Under the pieces are notes generated by a model. That model had not been told where the DNA came from, did no database searches, and saw nothing but the letters and a program-made list of their open reading frames with translations. Made by a program: the position numbers and the translations under genes. A stretch of DNA of 64,000 bases from a virus (lineage: Duplodnaviria > Caudoviricetes): IMG/VR virus record IMGVR_UViG_2639762749_000010, positions 17,974-81,973 of that record; one strand, 5' to 3'. How positions within the stretch are numbered: the stretch's first letter is position 1; each line of letters begins with the position of its first letter. Positions 9,531 through 19,438 of this stretch are shown here, piece after piece.

Positions 9531-10245
9531 GTGCCATAATGATATCGGCCTGTACCTTTATACTGGCTTTGGCACCAAAAATGCGATCTTCCATGACAGG
9601 CAATGATACATCAGAAAAAGAAATTTCTCGGGCGGCATTGAACGCACATTCAATGTCCACCTCGGCATTGGCCATCTTTACTGACGCATGAAAGCTGGTG
9701 GCAATCATACTGGCAAAGTGGACAGCAATGGCATTACACAGGAGTGATAAAGGCTCTTTCTCTGCTGACAATACAAAAATATCGTAAACAAGGTTGACTG
9801 GATGTGCGTCTAACACCGCAATGATCGTATCGCCTTCAAAAACTTCCCCGTATCTGTCCCGCCTTATCTGCCTGTCGTTCGGCATCACATCATAATCCAT
9901 CGTGCGGGAGAGATTAATCACAGGCAGGGCTTCAGGGTTGGCATATTTGTTATCTGACTGGCTTTTTCTACCGGCTTTCGCTTGTCGCATGGTTCTAATG
10001 AAATCTTTAATGTCGTCGAAACGGCCAAGCAGGACCTGATCGCTTGATGGGCGATTGATAAACTCGACGAACCCCTGATTATGCAGATCTGGATGATTAA
10101 CTTTGAGCCCTTTTAGGCTTGATGCGATGTGATTCCCGACAGCAATATCAATGCCACGAAATCCACTGACTTCCCTTTCGCCAATGGGGTTCAGCTTCAG
10201 CGACTTAATACGCATTAAAATGTCGTGGCCTTCATCTTTGCTCAT
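9445..10245 (-). CDS. Tail/baseplate protein (P1 gp24-like)
   Basis: Size and synteny. Confidence 0.55.
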   Translation of the reverse strand: MSKDEGHDILMRIKSLKLNPIGEREVSGFRGIDIAVGNHIASSLKGLKVNHPDLHNQGFVEFINRPSSDQVLLGRFDDIKDFIRTMRQAKAGRKSQSDNKYANPEALPVINLSRTMDYDVMPNDRQIRRDRYGEVFEGDTIIAVLDAHPVNLVYDIFVLSAEKEPLSLLCNAIAVHFASMIATSFHASVKMANAEVDIECAFNAAREISFSDVSLPVMEDRIFGAKASIKVQADIIMAHAVVPQIEKTVVTTAPQTIRRDSHGTAI

Positions 10246-10972
10246 GGTCTGTCCCTAATGCTGACTGACTAAAATTTCTGGCCGGTATGCAGTAATAGAG
10301 TGAACCCACGGATGCCGTACCATACGTGAAAATACGTAGCACATACCAAAATCGGCGGGCTAATTGACCATCGGATAATTCTTCGTTCCATTCAAATATT
10401 GAGCCTATCGATACGCCTGTCGCGGCGGCTCTGATAACTAAAAAATCATCGATACCACCATCTTGATCGCCATCAGAATCAACGGCAGTAAATGATTCCC
10501 GTTCATCAGGACAGTCCAACACCTTCACTTTTTGAGGATCGGTGTATGAAAGTTCTCTTTGATGGTTATTGAACTCAGTGAAAACCGGTATCTCAAGGCC
10601 ATCGTCATTCGCCTTTGTGGGGGCATCATCCCGGGGGCGATATAACAAAGCATCATAACTGTCTGGATCTTCCTCAATCATTTTTATCCAGTCCTGACGA
10701 ACGAGATCATTGAGGGGCGTGTGCCCTCTGTATCGGGGGCTCAGGTTTAAGTCTGGCTCTCTTGTGGACAGGTGTTGTGGCAGAACGGCTTGCGCCGCTA
10801 CGTCCTCATTTTCGACCAACGTCACGGTAGCGGGGGGCGGTGGCATATCATCTAAATCCACCAGCTCTGCATCCTGCGCTGATATGTGCGTGGTTGGCTG
10901 TAGCGGAGTGGAGCCCATTCCTGTGATTTCATTGTCTGGCCTCTCATCCAGCCATTCGTCATAGCGGCTCAT
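10232..10972 (-). CDS. Tail stability protein (P1 gp7-like)
   Basis: Size, synteny, C-terminal YGTASVGSLYYCIP. Confidence 0.55.
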   Translation of the reverse strand: MSRYDEWLDERPDNEITGMGSTPLQPTTHISAQDAELVDLDDMPPPPATVTLVENEDVAAQAVLPQHLSTREPDLNLSPRYRGHTPLNDLVRQDWIKMIEEDPDSYDALLYRPRDDAPTKANDDGLEIPVFTEFNNHQRELSYTDPQKVKVLDCPDERESFTAVDSDGDQDGGIDDFLVIRAAATGVSIGSIFEWNEELSDGQLARRFWYVLRIFTYGTASVGSLYYCIPARNFSQSALGTDHEQR

Positions 10973-12183
10973 GCGTTATTACCCCTAATCTGTTTTTTCA
11001 TATACTCGTTAAATGCGGCTTCAGCTTGTTCTTGATCATTTCCTGACATAATGAGCGCATCAATGAAGGATTGTTTTTTCAGATTGAAAGCATCTTTCAG
11101 CTGCTGTTTTAACAGTTGTTCCTGGGCTTTCATTCGGTTGATTTGTTCCTGCTTCTTTTGCAGTTTTAAACGTTGTGAATCAGTAAGCCTTTTCGCTTTC
11201 TTCAGCTGTGAGCGTAAGGCATCAATTTTCTTCGGATCTTGAGTCAGTTTTCTTTCCAGTGCCTCCATGCGTTGTTGATAACGCCGGTATTCACTTTTTA
11301 TCGCGTTGTGACTGGTTTTGCTTTTCCGGTTTCTGTTCAGTTGTTTTAGTTGCTCTTTCCCAAAAAACTCAGTTGTCTTTCTCTTATCATCCCCAAAGCT
11401 GGTGGTACGGGCATTTTTCTGTAACAGGCGGCCAACCTGCATTTGCCATGTTCCGGCCTGCATTCTGGTCATCGCATGAATAACGTGTTTACAGGCCACC
11501 CCTTTTAAGTTCGGGTTTCTGATTTTGGGGTAGATGTATTCTTTCGGGGGGCTAACCGCGAAATTCCCCGCTGTAGCAATATAGCGATACCAATAATGAT
11601 GACGGCCACAATCGCAATCAAATGACACTCGGCCAGTACACAACTGACGTACTACACGGGCGGTGTTGTTTTCTTTTTTTGACAGGTCTTCCATCGCGGT
11701 ATCCCATTCCTCAAAGCGGATCTTCACGCGGTGGTGTTTGTCTTCAGACTTGTCAGACGCAGTGACGCTGATAATAGCAACGTTGTGTTCCATACCGATA
11801 AATGAAGCTATTTTGATGCCTGATCCATCATCAACCGCATTATTTGCCCGCTTGACGTCAATATTGGTGCAATTCGCTATCAGCTGGATATAGGTAATTC
11901 CGGCGATGTTAGTATTGAATCCAGACCGAACTTTTTGTCGGTTTTTTTCAAACGCCTTAAGATCTTCTTTTGTGAAGAACGTCCCGTCGCGCTTCTTTCC
12001 CAAGGCAATAACATCATCAAAACTTTTATTTTTTAAAAGAGAAGGGGTGAGAAGCCGGGCAACCTTACGGCGGCGTTTGGCCTGCTGGTCGTTAGTGATT
12101 TGATTAAATAGCCGGTTAAATTCTTTTGGCATTAAACCATCAGTATCATACCGACCTGTTTCTGTGCGAGGAAAATTAATCAT
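10969..12183 (-). CDS. P1 gp25-like protein with SWIM-type Zn finger
   Basis: CDCGRHHYWY...CKH motif; synteny. Confidence 0.65.
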   Translation of the reverse strand: MINFPRTETGRYDTDGLMPKEFNRLFNQITNDQQAKRRRKVARLLTPSLLKNKSFDDVIALGKKRDGTFFTKEDLKAFEKNRQKVRSGFNTNIAGITYIQLIANCTNIDVKRANNAVDDGSGIKIASFIGMEHNVAIISVTASDKSEDKHHRVKIRFEEWDTAMEDLSKKENNTARVVRQLCTGRVSFDCDCGRHHYWYRYIATAGNFAVSPPKEYIYPKIRNPNLKGVACKHVIHAMTRMQAGTWQMQVGRLLQKNARTTSFGDDKRKTTEFFGKEQLKQLNRNRKSKTSHNAIKSEYRRYQQRMEALERKLTQDPKKIDALRSQLKKAKRLTDSQRLKLQKKQEQINRMKAQEQLLKQQLKDAFNLKKQSFIDALIMSGNDQEQAEAAFNEYMKKQIRGNNA

Positions 12184-12508
12184 TCGTTACCTCCGGCGTG
12201 TCAGCATAGTGTCTGATCCTGTCGCGTATCCAGGCGGCAGAAGGTAAGGAGAGGTTATCGCCTATCGGCAGGGGCTCTAATTCGCTTTCATGACCGGCCA
12301 CCAGCCTGACAACCCAACGTAACACGGAATTTTTATAAACCCGATAGGCCACCAGATCGGCCCTAAATTCCTCATCGGGTTTAATGGTGTATGAGATGTT
12401 ACTCGCGTGGTCGTATAACTGAGACTGGGCGATAATTTCGCGGTGTAGATAAGCACGAATGATGGGATCAGTAATACAGCGGTCATCCAGTCGTGAATAT
12501 TCACTCAT
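12176..12508 (-). CDS. Baseplate wedge protein (P1 gp26-like)
   Basis: YTIKPDEEFRADLVAYRVY...LRWVV LysM-like baseplate motif. Confidence 0.7.
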   Translation of the reverse strand: MSEYSRLDDRCITDPIIRAYLHREIIAQSQLYDHASNISYTIKPDEEFRADLVAYRVYKNSVLRWVVRLVAGHESELEPLPIGDNLSLPSAAWIRDRIRHYADTPEVTND

Positions 12509-13158
12509 AAGATCACCGTATTGTTATCAATGCGTGTGCCGGTTAATGTTGATGTGGCCGTTTCTTTTTCGGCTTTTTTGTCATAAGCACTGACAATATT
12601 AAAAAGCGATGTTAAGCGGGAAGGGGGCTCATCTACCGCTGCGGATTGCATGGCTTTAATGTACGCATCAGAGGCCACATTGTTGAACATGGTGCTGTAA
12701 ACAACAAGCAGCATCAGGATATGTTCGGATGTAAGGGATTCCCAGTCAATACGATAGACAGGCTCACCCGCTGGATTGAATTCAACATCAATAAGGGATG
12801 GCGAGATCTCGTATAAGTTTTTTCCCTTGGGGGGATAAATGATACTGCCTTGCCGTTTCAGCTCATTATAGCGACCGGTTGCAACCACAATAACGGGACG
12901 GCCATCATGGTGTTTGTCGCTCAGCCTGACATTGATGGCCCCGATATGCTGAGCAATTTCGCCGCTGATCTCGTCCACCAACACCTTAAACCCGGCTCTT
13001 ACCATTTTCGGAACATCTTTTGATAGCTCGTTCAGCATCGCTTTTCGTTTTGGCGGAAGTATTTTCCGGTCTTCCAAAATCAAATCACCCTCTTTAAAGA
13101 CAGCACGTACCATAACGGTTTTTTTCATTGTGCTGATCACTGCAATTCTCTGAATCAT
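12505..13158 (-). CDS. Putative morphogenetic protein (P1 pmg region)
   Basis: Coupled to baseplate operon; synteny only. Confidence 0.45.
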   Translation of the reverse strand: MIQRIAVISTMKKTVMVRAVFKEGDLILEDRKILPPKRKAMLNELSKDVPKMVRAGFKVLVDEISGEIAQHIGAINVRLSDKHHDGRPVIVVATGRYNELKRQGSIIYPPKGKNLYEISPSLIDVEFNPAGEPVYRIDWESLTSEHILMLLVVYSTMFNNVASDAYIKAMQSAAVDEPPSRLTSLFNIVSAYDKKAEKETATSTLTGTRIDNNTVIL

Positions 13159-13507
13159 AGTTCTCCCAAAAATAAAAAGGCCGCACTGGGCGGCCTCTGC
13201 TTTCAGGTATCTGGTTTCGCGCTGATATCAAAGTTATGCAATCGTCGAAAAAGCTAACCTCACCTTCCAGAACCGCCCTTAAGCGGGAGAAATCGTAGCG
13301 CAACGACATGTTCGACAGCAACAAAAAAACGCATTCCAACTTAAAAATAAAGTCTATTATTCAATATATTAGTGTAATTTACATTATTAACAATAAATGC
13401 CCGTTCAACGTTTAATCGTATTAATATGGTCTTGAGATATTGATATGAAATTACCCGTGTCGCAAGCGACGGGAAATTCAACCCAAAAAAGATTAACAGG
13501 GGGCGTT

Positions 13508-13813
13508 ATGGATACAATTTTAAGAGAACCGACGACTGTGGGTGAAATGCTCTCAGAAGAATTTTTAAAGCCACTGAATATTACTCAGGCAAAATTAGGC
13601 GAGGCACTTAATCTTTCCCGCCCGCGCATTGCTGAAATTATCAATGGAAAACGCCGGATCAGCATCGAAGAGGCTGTAATGTTGGCAGCATTGTTTGAAA
13701 CGGACTCTGACTTCTGGATTAACGTACAAACCAGCCATGATCGCTGGGAAGCGCGGCAGCTGATGGCTCAGAAAACCAGTGTCAAACCTATCACGGCATT
13801 ATTGGCGAGATGA
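13508..13813 (+). CDS. Orphan HigA-family addiction-module antidote
   Basis: PTTVGEMLSEEFLKPLNITQ...FWINVQ; no adjacent toxin ORF. Confidence 0.85.
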   Translation: MDTILREPTTVGEMLSEEFLKPLNITQAKLGEALNLSRPRIAEIINGKRRISIEEAVMLAALFETDSDFWINVQTSHDRWEARQLMAQKTSVKPITALLAR

Positions 13814-13865
13814 CTTCAGCTGCTAATGAGGGGGCGCGTAAGTGCCCCCTTGATTAAGTTACTTT

Positions 13866-14609
13866 TCACAAAACTCCATCAATCGACTCTGACGCATTTT
13901 CCCGCTTGTATTCAGCCATCTGAACCACCAGCGCTAATTTGGCTTTTTCAACAGCCAGTCGCTCTTCCTCTTCAGGAACGCCTATCACGGCATATTGATC
14001 AAGTTCAGCAACGCGGACGCAATACGCCCAGAAAGAAGAATCTTGTTTGATGGCCTCGGCTGTTTGCGGTGAGATAAAGACCACATCATAGGTTTCCATA
14101 TCCTGTTGAAAATACAGATAGGCGTTGCGGCCAATCCCTGCCTGCATTAAGCCATTATGTACGATGGCTTCTGTCATACTTTCGGATTGGGTCACACAGA
14201 ATTCAGGAAGCTTGTGTTGAAAAGCCGTAGTGAAATTGATGCCGGTTGATGCCCCATTTGATGCAACGCGCCACTGTCCAACCAAATTGCCGTTTACCGT
14301 GACGACAGGATCAATAGTCATTGGGTACTCCCGCATGATGAAGCGCGTAAACAACTCGTGAGTCATAGGGTTGTAGCAGGAACAGTTATATTGTTTCGCT
14401 AATTCTTTTTCACGCGCCAAATCGTGATTTTTTGCGATAATCCAGCTTAATCCATTGGGCGCTTTCATCATGGCATCGCCTTCATTGGTCATGCCTTCGA
14501 GCTTAGAGCCTGCCAGTAATGCTGTGGCTATGTTGAGATCGAATGCGGAGTAGGTGCCTTCTTCACTACGATTAAGCGTAAAGTTATCAGCAAGAATATA
14601 ACCGGTCAT
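13866..14609 (-). CDS. Hypothetical phage protein
   Basis: 247-aa ORF coupled to dut-like gene. Confidence 0.6.
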   Translation of the reverse strand: MTGYILADNFTLNRSEEGTYSAFDLNIATALLAGSKLEGMTNEGDAMMKAPNGLSWIIAKNHDLAREKELAKQYNCSCYNPMTHELFTRFIMREYPMTIDPVVTVNGNLVGQWRVASNGASTGINFTTAFQHKLPEFCVTQSESMTEAIVHNGLMQAGIGRNAYLYFQQDMETYDVVFISPQTAEAIKQDSSFWAYCVRVAELDQYAVIGVPEEEERLAVEKAKLALVVQMAEYKRENASESIDGVL

Positions 14610-14617
14610 GAAAATCC

Positions 14618-15142
14618 TTATTTATCCGTTTTTGATTTTGTGTTCTTGCCGTTTTCAGCTGAACTGGTTTCAGTCTCTGCTGCTTTATCCGTATTCACAG
14701 AACCAGTTTCGGCACGTTCTGCAAATTTTTCCTCTGAGACATCCTCAAATGAGGCCCTCGTGACTTCTTCAATTAATCCCTGGGCAACCAACATGCCGTC
14801 TTTGACAGTCAGTGGGAATGCACCAGATTCAACAATCAATTTAATGATGATTTCATCACGATAATCAGAATCGACAACACCGACGCATTCCGCAGGGCGT
14901 GCATGATGTTCCTGTCCAAGGTCTTTACGTGCATAAATCTTCATGCAATACCCATCAGGTATCGCAACTTTTATCCCTGTCCGAATGATGTAGGCGAGGT
15001 GTGATCTTCCGTCGTCAATTGTGGTATATAACGTGCAATCTACAGCGGTCAGATCGAACCCAGATGCACCTTCAGTGCGATAGGTAGGGATAACGGCCTT
15101 GGGGTGTGTGCGGCAGATAATGACAGGGACATGCTTAGTCAT
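14618..15142 (-). CDS. dUTPase-like protein with degenerate catalytic motifs
   Basis: Motifs I (ASGFDL) and III (GVVDSDYR) present; motif II reads ARKDLG and motif V RAETGSVNTD. Confidence 0.8.
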   Translation of the reverse strand: MTKHVPVIICRTHPKAVIPTYRTEGASGFDLTAVDCTLYTTIDDGRSHLAYIIRTGIKVAIPDGYCMKIYARKDLGQEHHARPAECVGVVDSDYRDEIIIKLIVESGAFPLTVKDGMLVAQGLIEEVTRASFEDVSEEKFAERAETGSVNTDKAAETETSSAENGKNTKSKTDK

Positions 15143-15684
15143 GAGGGGACTCTCCTATTATGAAACGGCTGAATTCATATTAGAGTTGAGCTTTACTTTA
15201 AAAGTAAATTTCTATTTAGAATTTTATTTATATGTCTTGTTGTGAACTTAAGAAGTGTGCAATAACCCATCGGTAAGGATTACGGTTGCAATTATGAAAG
15301 CGCATTCTATCTTGTTTCGATGATTTAAATACACAGCCAATAATCGTGATCAAGATCGATCAACAGAGTATCAGGCGTACATTTAGGGTGAGATGAAATC
15401 AAAAAAATAGAAAAGCCGATGCTCACGCATCGGCCTCCTACTAATCGCACAAATCCAACCAAAACAGAGCATTTTTGCTGAATTATGGGATCAGGATACC
15501 ATTAAAAAGTTGCTCTTTTCCAGAGATCTCTTGTCATGTGAATTTAATTTTTTCCTAGTTTAACTGTTTTATTTACATCACCAATAAATCTGCAAAGAAA
15601 GAACCTTGACTTTATTTCATATTATTCCTATTCCTATAATGGAAACTATTATCATAGCTATAAATTATAGAGAGTTTTATTTAT

Positions 15685-16215
15685 ATGATTGATGAAATCG
15701 ATGTAAAAATAGGAAATAGGATTAGAGTTAAACGAAAGGAAATAAGGCTATCAGCACAAATTTTGGCTGAACGGATAGGCACGTCTCAACAACAACTATC
15801 TAGGTATGAGCGCGGAACTAATAAAATTGGCGCAGCTCACCTTGTTCAAATTGCAATTCAATTAGGCACACCAATTGGCTGGTTTTTTTTAGATGTTTAT
15901 AAACATAAGATTAATAATCCCCTTAAATTATCTCTATCACAAGCAAAATTTGCGGCAATAGTAAGTGATTACCCTAATATTGCCGAATTCTGGAATTGGC
16001 ATAAGCGTGAGATTGATTTAGATTTGTGGTCAAGAAAAAAGGATTCACTGAGTGTCAGTGAGAAAACATTAGCTAAATTCTTTATATTTGTTTGGACGAG
16101 CAAAAATAGCTGTAATTTTGATGTTTCGGATGCGGCAGTTTTCTTAGGCAAGCAAGAACGACAGTTAATTGCAAACTGGATACTTGAACCTTTTTGGCCT
16201 TCATCAGGGCCATAA
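15685..16215 (+). CDS. MrpJ-like XRE HTH fused to an unknown C-terminal domain
   Basis: SQQQLSRYERG MrpJ motif; C-terminus paralogous to 998..1273. Confidence 0.8.
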   Translation: MIDEIDVKIGNRIRVKRKEIRLSAQILAERIGTSQQQLSRYERGTNKIGAAHLVQIAIQLGTPIGWFFLDVYKHKINNPLKLSLSQAKFAAIVSDYPNIAEFWNWHKREIDLDLWSRKKDSLSVSEKTLAKFFIFVWTSKNSCNFDVSDAAVFLGKQERQLIANWILEPFWPSSGP

Positions 16216-16396
16216 TCCGCGTTGTATGCAGCCGCTTCATATTTTAAATAGGCCGTGTTTGGTAAAGTCTGTGGGGTGTCTGTTATCTAGATCTCAATCA
16301 CAATATCCCAAAATAACTACACTTTTCTTTAATTCATGTTTTTTTTAATAAGAAAAAGAGTAGCTAAAAAATTTTCTATTGGGTAGAATGTTCACA

Positions 16397-16590
16397 CTAA
16401 CCTACCTTCATGGGTTAGTCGAGGAATAGCAGCCTCGTTTAAATCATCTACAAACCACACTGGTAAAGTTTTTTTGTATTTACCAGTGTTCTAAGGCTTG
16501 GCCGAGTCAGCTCTCTATGGCGATTTGGCGGGAATAGATCCGTTTGTAGATGGGATCGACTGCTAAAATTCTCGTTAGATCGCCACCATC
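16397..16590 (+). ncRNA. c4-like antisense RNA and target leader
   Basis: Tandem hairpins; loop TAGCAG pairs with CTGCTA at 16560; ATCTACAAAC (16446) pairs with GTTTGTAGAT (16542). Confidence 0.5.
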
Positions 16591-16602
16591 AGGGAGATTT
16601 TT

Positions 16603-16947
16603 TTGATGACAGTGCCAAAAGAGTTATTCAATCAAGTTGTCCAAACTGAAACCGACGTGAACTTCAATAGAATTAAGGCGTTGGTATTAAATAGATCCTC
16701 ATCACAAATATGTAAGTTAGTCACTGATTCTGTTTCTGTCTGCGATTTAGCTATGGCTCTCGATTATTTTGTCTCTTTACAAAAAAAGAGAGATGCTAAA
16801 GATGATTTCGCATCTAAAGAACCAGGCTTTAATGAAAACTTCGATGACTTTTCAAAGACAATTAAAAATATTCGCCGGGCTCTTTGCGTTCTATCACCCC
16901 CTCCAATACCAGAAGAACCAGAAAAAAAACATCAAACTTTGAATTAA
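16603..16947 (+). CDS. Hypothetical protein downstream of c4-like leader
   Basis: ORF with GGGAG RBS. Confidence 0.55.
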   Translation: MMTVPKELFNQVVQTETDVNFNRIKALVLNRSSSQICKLVTDSVSVCDLAMALDYFVSLQKKRDAKDDFASKEPGFNENFDDFSKTIKNIRRALCVLSPPPIPEEPEKKHQTLN

Positions 16948-17159
16948 AATAATCCCAACTTTTTCTGGATAAATAGTAAGTTATTTATCAGTTTATTTAT
17001 TTTTATTGCTCTTTAACTTAATTAAAATTAGGGATAATAAGCCCCTAATTACTGATTTCTCATCAGGGAATATTATTCACCGTCCATTACTACAATAATA
17101 TACATCTAACCAACCCATTCCCCCTTCTCTGGGGGTTTTTTTTAGAAAAATAGTAGAAA

Positions 17160-17438
17160 ATGACCTCACATATTAATAAAAAAATAAATGCGGGCTTGGC
17201 AATCAGAGAGCGCTTGGAAGAGTTAGATTGGGAATTTGATAATATTTGGAATATTGCCGATCAAATATGCGACATAATTTCATCATCTCAGAATGAGACT
17301 GGAGTAGGCATGGAATGTATTTTCATACTATTGACTGGATTAGGCGAAAACAATGTGTCAGAAGACATTAAATCTAAACAACAAACTATAGCATCATTAG
17401 TACTCAGCCAATTTAGTTCGAATAATTATAAGCATTAG
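17160..17438 (+). CDS. Hypothetical protein
   Basis: AT-rich ORF; no family recognised. Confidence 0.5.
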   Translation: MTSHINKKINAGLAIRERLEELDWEFDNIWNIADQICDIISSSQNETGVGMECIFILLTGLGENNVSEDIKSKQQTIASLVLSQFSSNNYKH

Positions 17439-17560
17439 ATATGCTACCAATCATGCTTTAACAGTGACGTATTCTTCCATAAAAGAAATGGCTAATTTAC
17501 ATCCCCGTTTGCCATTATTAGCTACCCCATTTTGGCCTCTTAACCGTCCTGAAACCCCGA

Positions 17561-17857
17561 TCAATTACTGTCTTTATCACAGATTTTCTTTGCTTGTTGC
17601 TTTCCATCAGGCGTAAGTTTGTATGCTAGGCGTAATGTTTTGGGATGGCGATATTGATTCAACATGCCTCTCTTAACCAAAGTTTGACAAGATTTGCGAT
17701 AATTGCTTGCCGCTATCGTGTGTTGGGTGTTTTTTGCAACCATCTCGAAAAGTGCGGTTGCAGGGACAGGCAAATGATCCTTACCTTGCCGTTCATTAAG
17801 CCAGTAGAGTATTTTGAGCGTTTTTTTCTGAATATCAGAGATACGGTGGTCAGCCAT
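17561..17857 (-). CDS. Putative winged-HTH protein
   Basis: NYRKSCQTLVKRGML...YKLTPDGK winged-helix pattern. Confidence 0.55.
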   Translation of the reverse strand: MADHRISDIQKKTLKILYWLNERQGKDHLPVPATALFEMVAKNTQHTIAASNYRKSCQTLVKRGMLNQYRHPKTLRLAYKLTPDGKQQAKKICDKDSN

Positions 17858-17967
17858 GACGATTATCCTTATTCATATCAAGAATGAATAAGGATAATAC
17901 CAAGAACAATAGAAAACAGCGATAGGTTATGTCAAAAGTGGTAAAGAAAACCGTTAGAGATTAAATA

Positions 17968-18022
17968 GAGTTATCGGGGTTATTTTTTTGTTGACTCGTG
18001 GAGTTATCGGGGTTATTATACT
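17968..18022 (+). promoter_or_regulatory. hicAB promoter with direct-repeat operators
   Basis: GAGTTATCGGGGTTATT twice (17968, 18001); TTGACT-17-TATTAT. Confidence 0.65.
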
Positions 18023-18049
18023 TCCCAAGTTAAACAGATAGGAGTTAAT

Positions 18050-18229
18050 TTGAGAAGTGCGGATTTAATCAAAGAGGTTGAGAAAAGAGGGTGGGTGCTG
18101 GTGAGAATCAACGGGAGCCATCATCATTTTAAACACCCTGAACATAACGACCTGCTGACAATTCCACACCCGAAGCAAGAAATTAAAGTGGGATTGCTCA
18201 GGAAAATACAGAAACAAGTGGGGCTATAA
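18050..18229 (+). CDS. hicA: HicA toxin (59 aa, absent from ORF track)
   Basis: TTG start after GGAG; MRSADLIKEVEKRGWVLVRINGSHHHFKHP...TIPHPKQEIKVGLLRKIQKQVGL. Confidence 0.92.
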   Translation: MRSADLIKEVEKRGWVLVRINGSHHHFKHPEHNDLLTIPHPKQEIKVGLLRKIQKQVGL

Positions 18230-18272
18230 GCCCCCTTATCTGCACCTGCACTAATCAAGTTCTTAAAAATTA

Positions 18273-18707
18273 TTGGAGGAATATAACGTGTTATACCCTA
18301 TTGCGATTGAAATCGGTGATGAGAATCACGCTTACGGTGTGGTTGTGCCCGATATATCAGGCTGTTTCTCTGCGGGTGATTCAATGGAAGAGGCAATAAA
18401 AAACGCTAAAGAGGCTATCACAGGGCATTTAGAGTTATTGGCCGAAATGAACCAACTCCCCCCTGAAGCAAACTCATTGGATTACTGGATCAAAGACGCA
18501 GAGTACGCAGGATGGGCATGGGCTGTGATTGAGGTTGATGTGGAACCGTACTTAGGTAAATCGACCAAATTCAATGTAACTTTGCCTGACTTGTTATCAA
18601 AAAAAATCGATGATCAGGTTAAAGCCAGCCCAAACCTGTACAAGAACCGTAGCCACTTTTTGCAAGTAGCTGCTTTGCATGAGTTGCAAAACGGTATTCA
18701 GCAATAA
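18273..18707 (+). CDS. hicB: HicB antitoxin (start probably GTG 18288)
   Basis: YGVVVPDISGCFSAGDSMEEA; C-terminal RHH NVTLP...RSHFL. Confidence 0.92.
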   Translation: MEEYNVLYPIAIEIGDENHAYGVVVPDISGCFSAGDSMEEAIKNAKEAITGHLELLAEMNQLPPEANSLDYWIKDAEYAGWAWAVIEVDVEPYLGKSTKFNVTLPDLLSKKIDDQVKASPNLYKNRSHFLQVAALHELQNGIQQ

Positions 18708-18912
18708 CTATCATTTGATAATAGATTGAGTGCAATCTCTGCACGGATACAACAGGTAAAGACAGGGGGTTCTTCCACTGAACCCCCTTCATATTCAAAA
18801 CCGTTTACTGTAGGCTCGCCCCCATCCACTATCAAATCAAATTGGTCGAGATAACTCAATTTCGCTATTATCTTGTATCCGTATAATTTGTTACGATGCT
18901 TAACACATCAGG

Positions 18913-19338
18913 TCACTTGATGATAGATTGAGTCCAATCTGCATTTTTGAGATTTTCCCACATCCTGTCGAGCGCTTCTGTTGGTGTTTTTCCTTCGGAT
19001 ATCACAGTAATTTCATGGTCTGGGCGCTGTTCTTCTCTAATCATTAAAAAACCATCTGGCTCTTCACTAATAACTGGCTTTTCTCTTTTTTCCAGAAATT
19101 TCGCCTGCCTCTCTTGCGCCAGCAAACAGGCAGAATCATAGTCTTTAGTAACCCCCAAACGAGAGGGACTACTCAAATCCCCCCCATTGAGACAATAGAT
19201 CGCAATGGAGCCATCTTCCTGCGTTATCCCGTAAGGATGATCCCACCAACAATCCAGTTCATGTTTTGATCGTTTGTCGCTCGGCGTATCGTAAAAATGG
19301 TGGGGTAATTCGGGATCTAACGGGATTCGATTAGCCAT
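18913..19338 (-). CDS. Hypothetical protein
   Basis: 141-aa ORF downstream of the recombinase. Confidence 0.55.
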   Translation of the reverse strand: MANRIPLDPELPHHFYDTPSDKRSKHELDCWWDHPYGITQEDGSIAIYCLNGGDLSSPSRLGVTKDYDSACLLAQERQAKFLEKREKPVISEEPDGFLMIREEQRPDHEITVISEGKTPTEALDRMWENLKNADWTQSIIK

Positions 19339-19438
19339 AATTATGCCTTCTTAACCTATCAACGGTATAACGGTGTCGTATGTGTAAAAAACCGTAGCAA
19401 AAATTCGTTCATTATCAATGAGACTTACGCAAATAACA

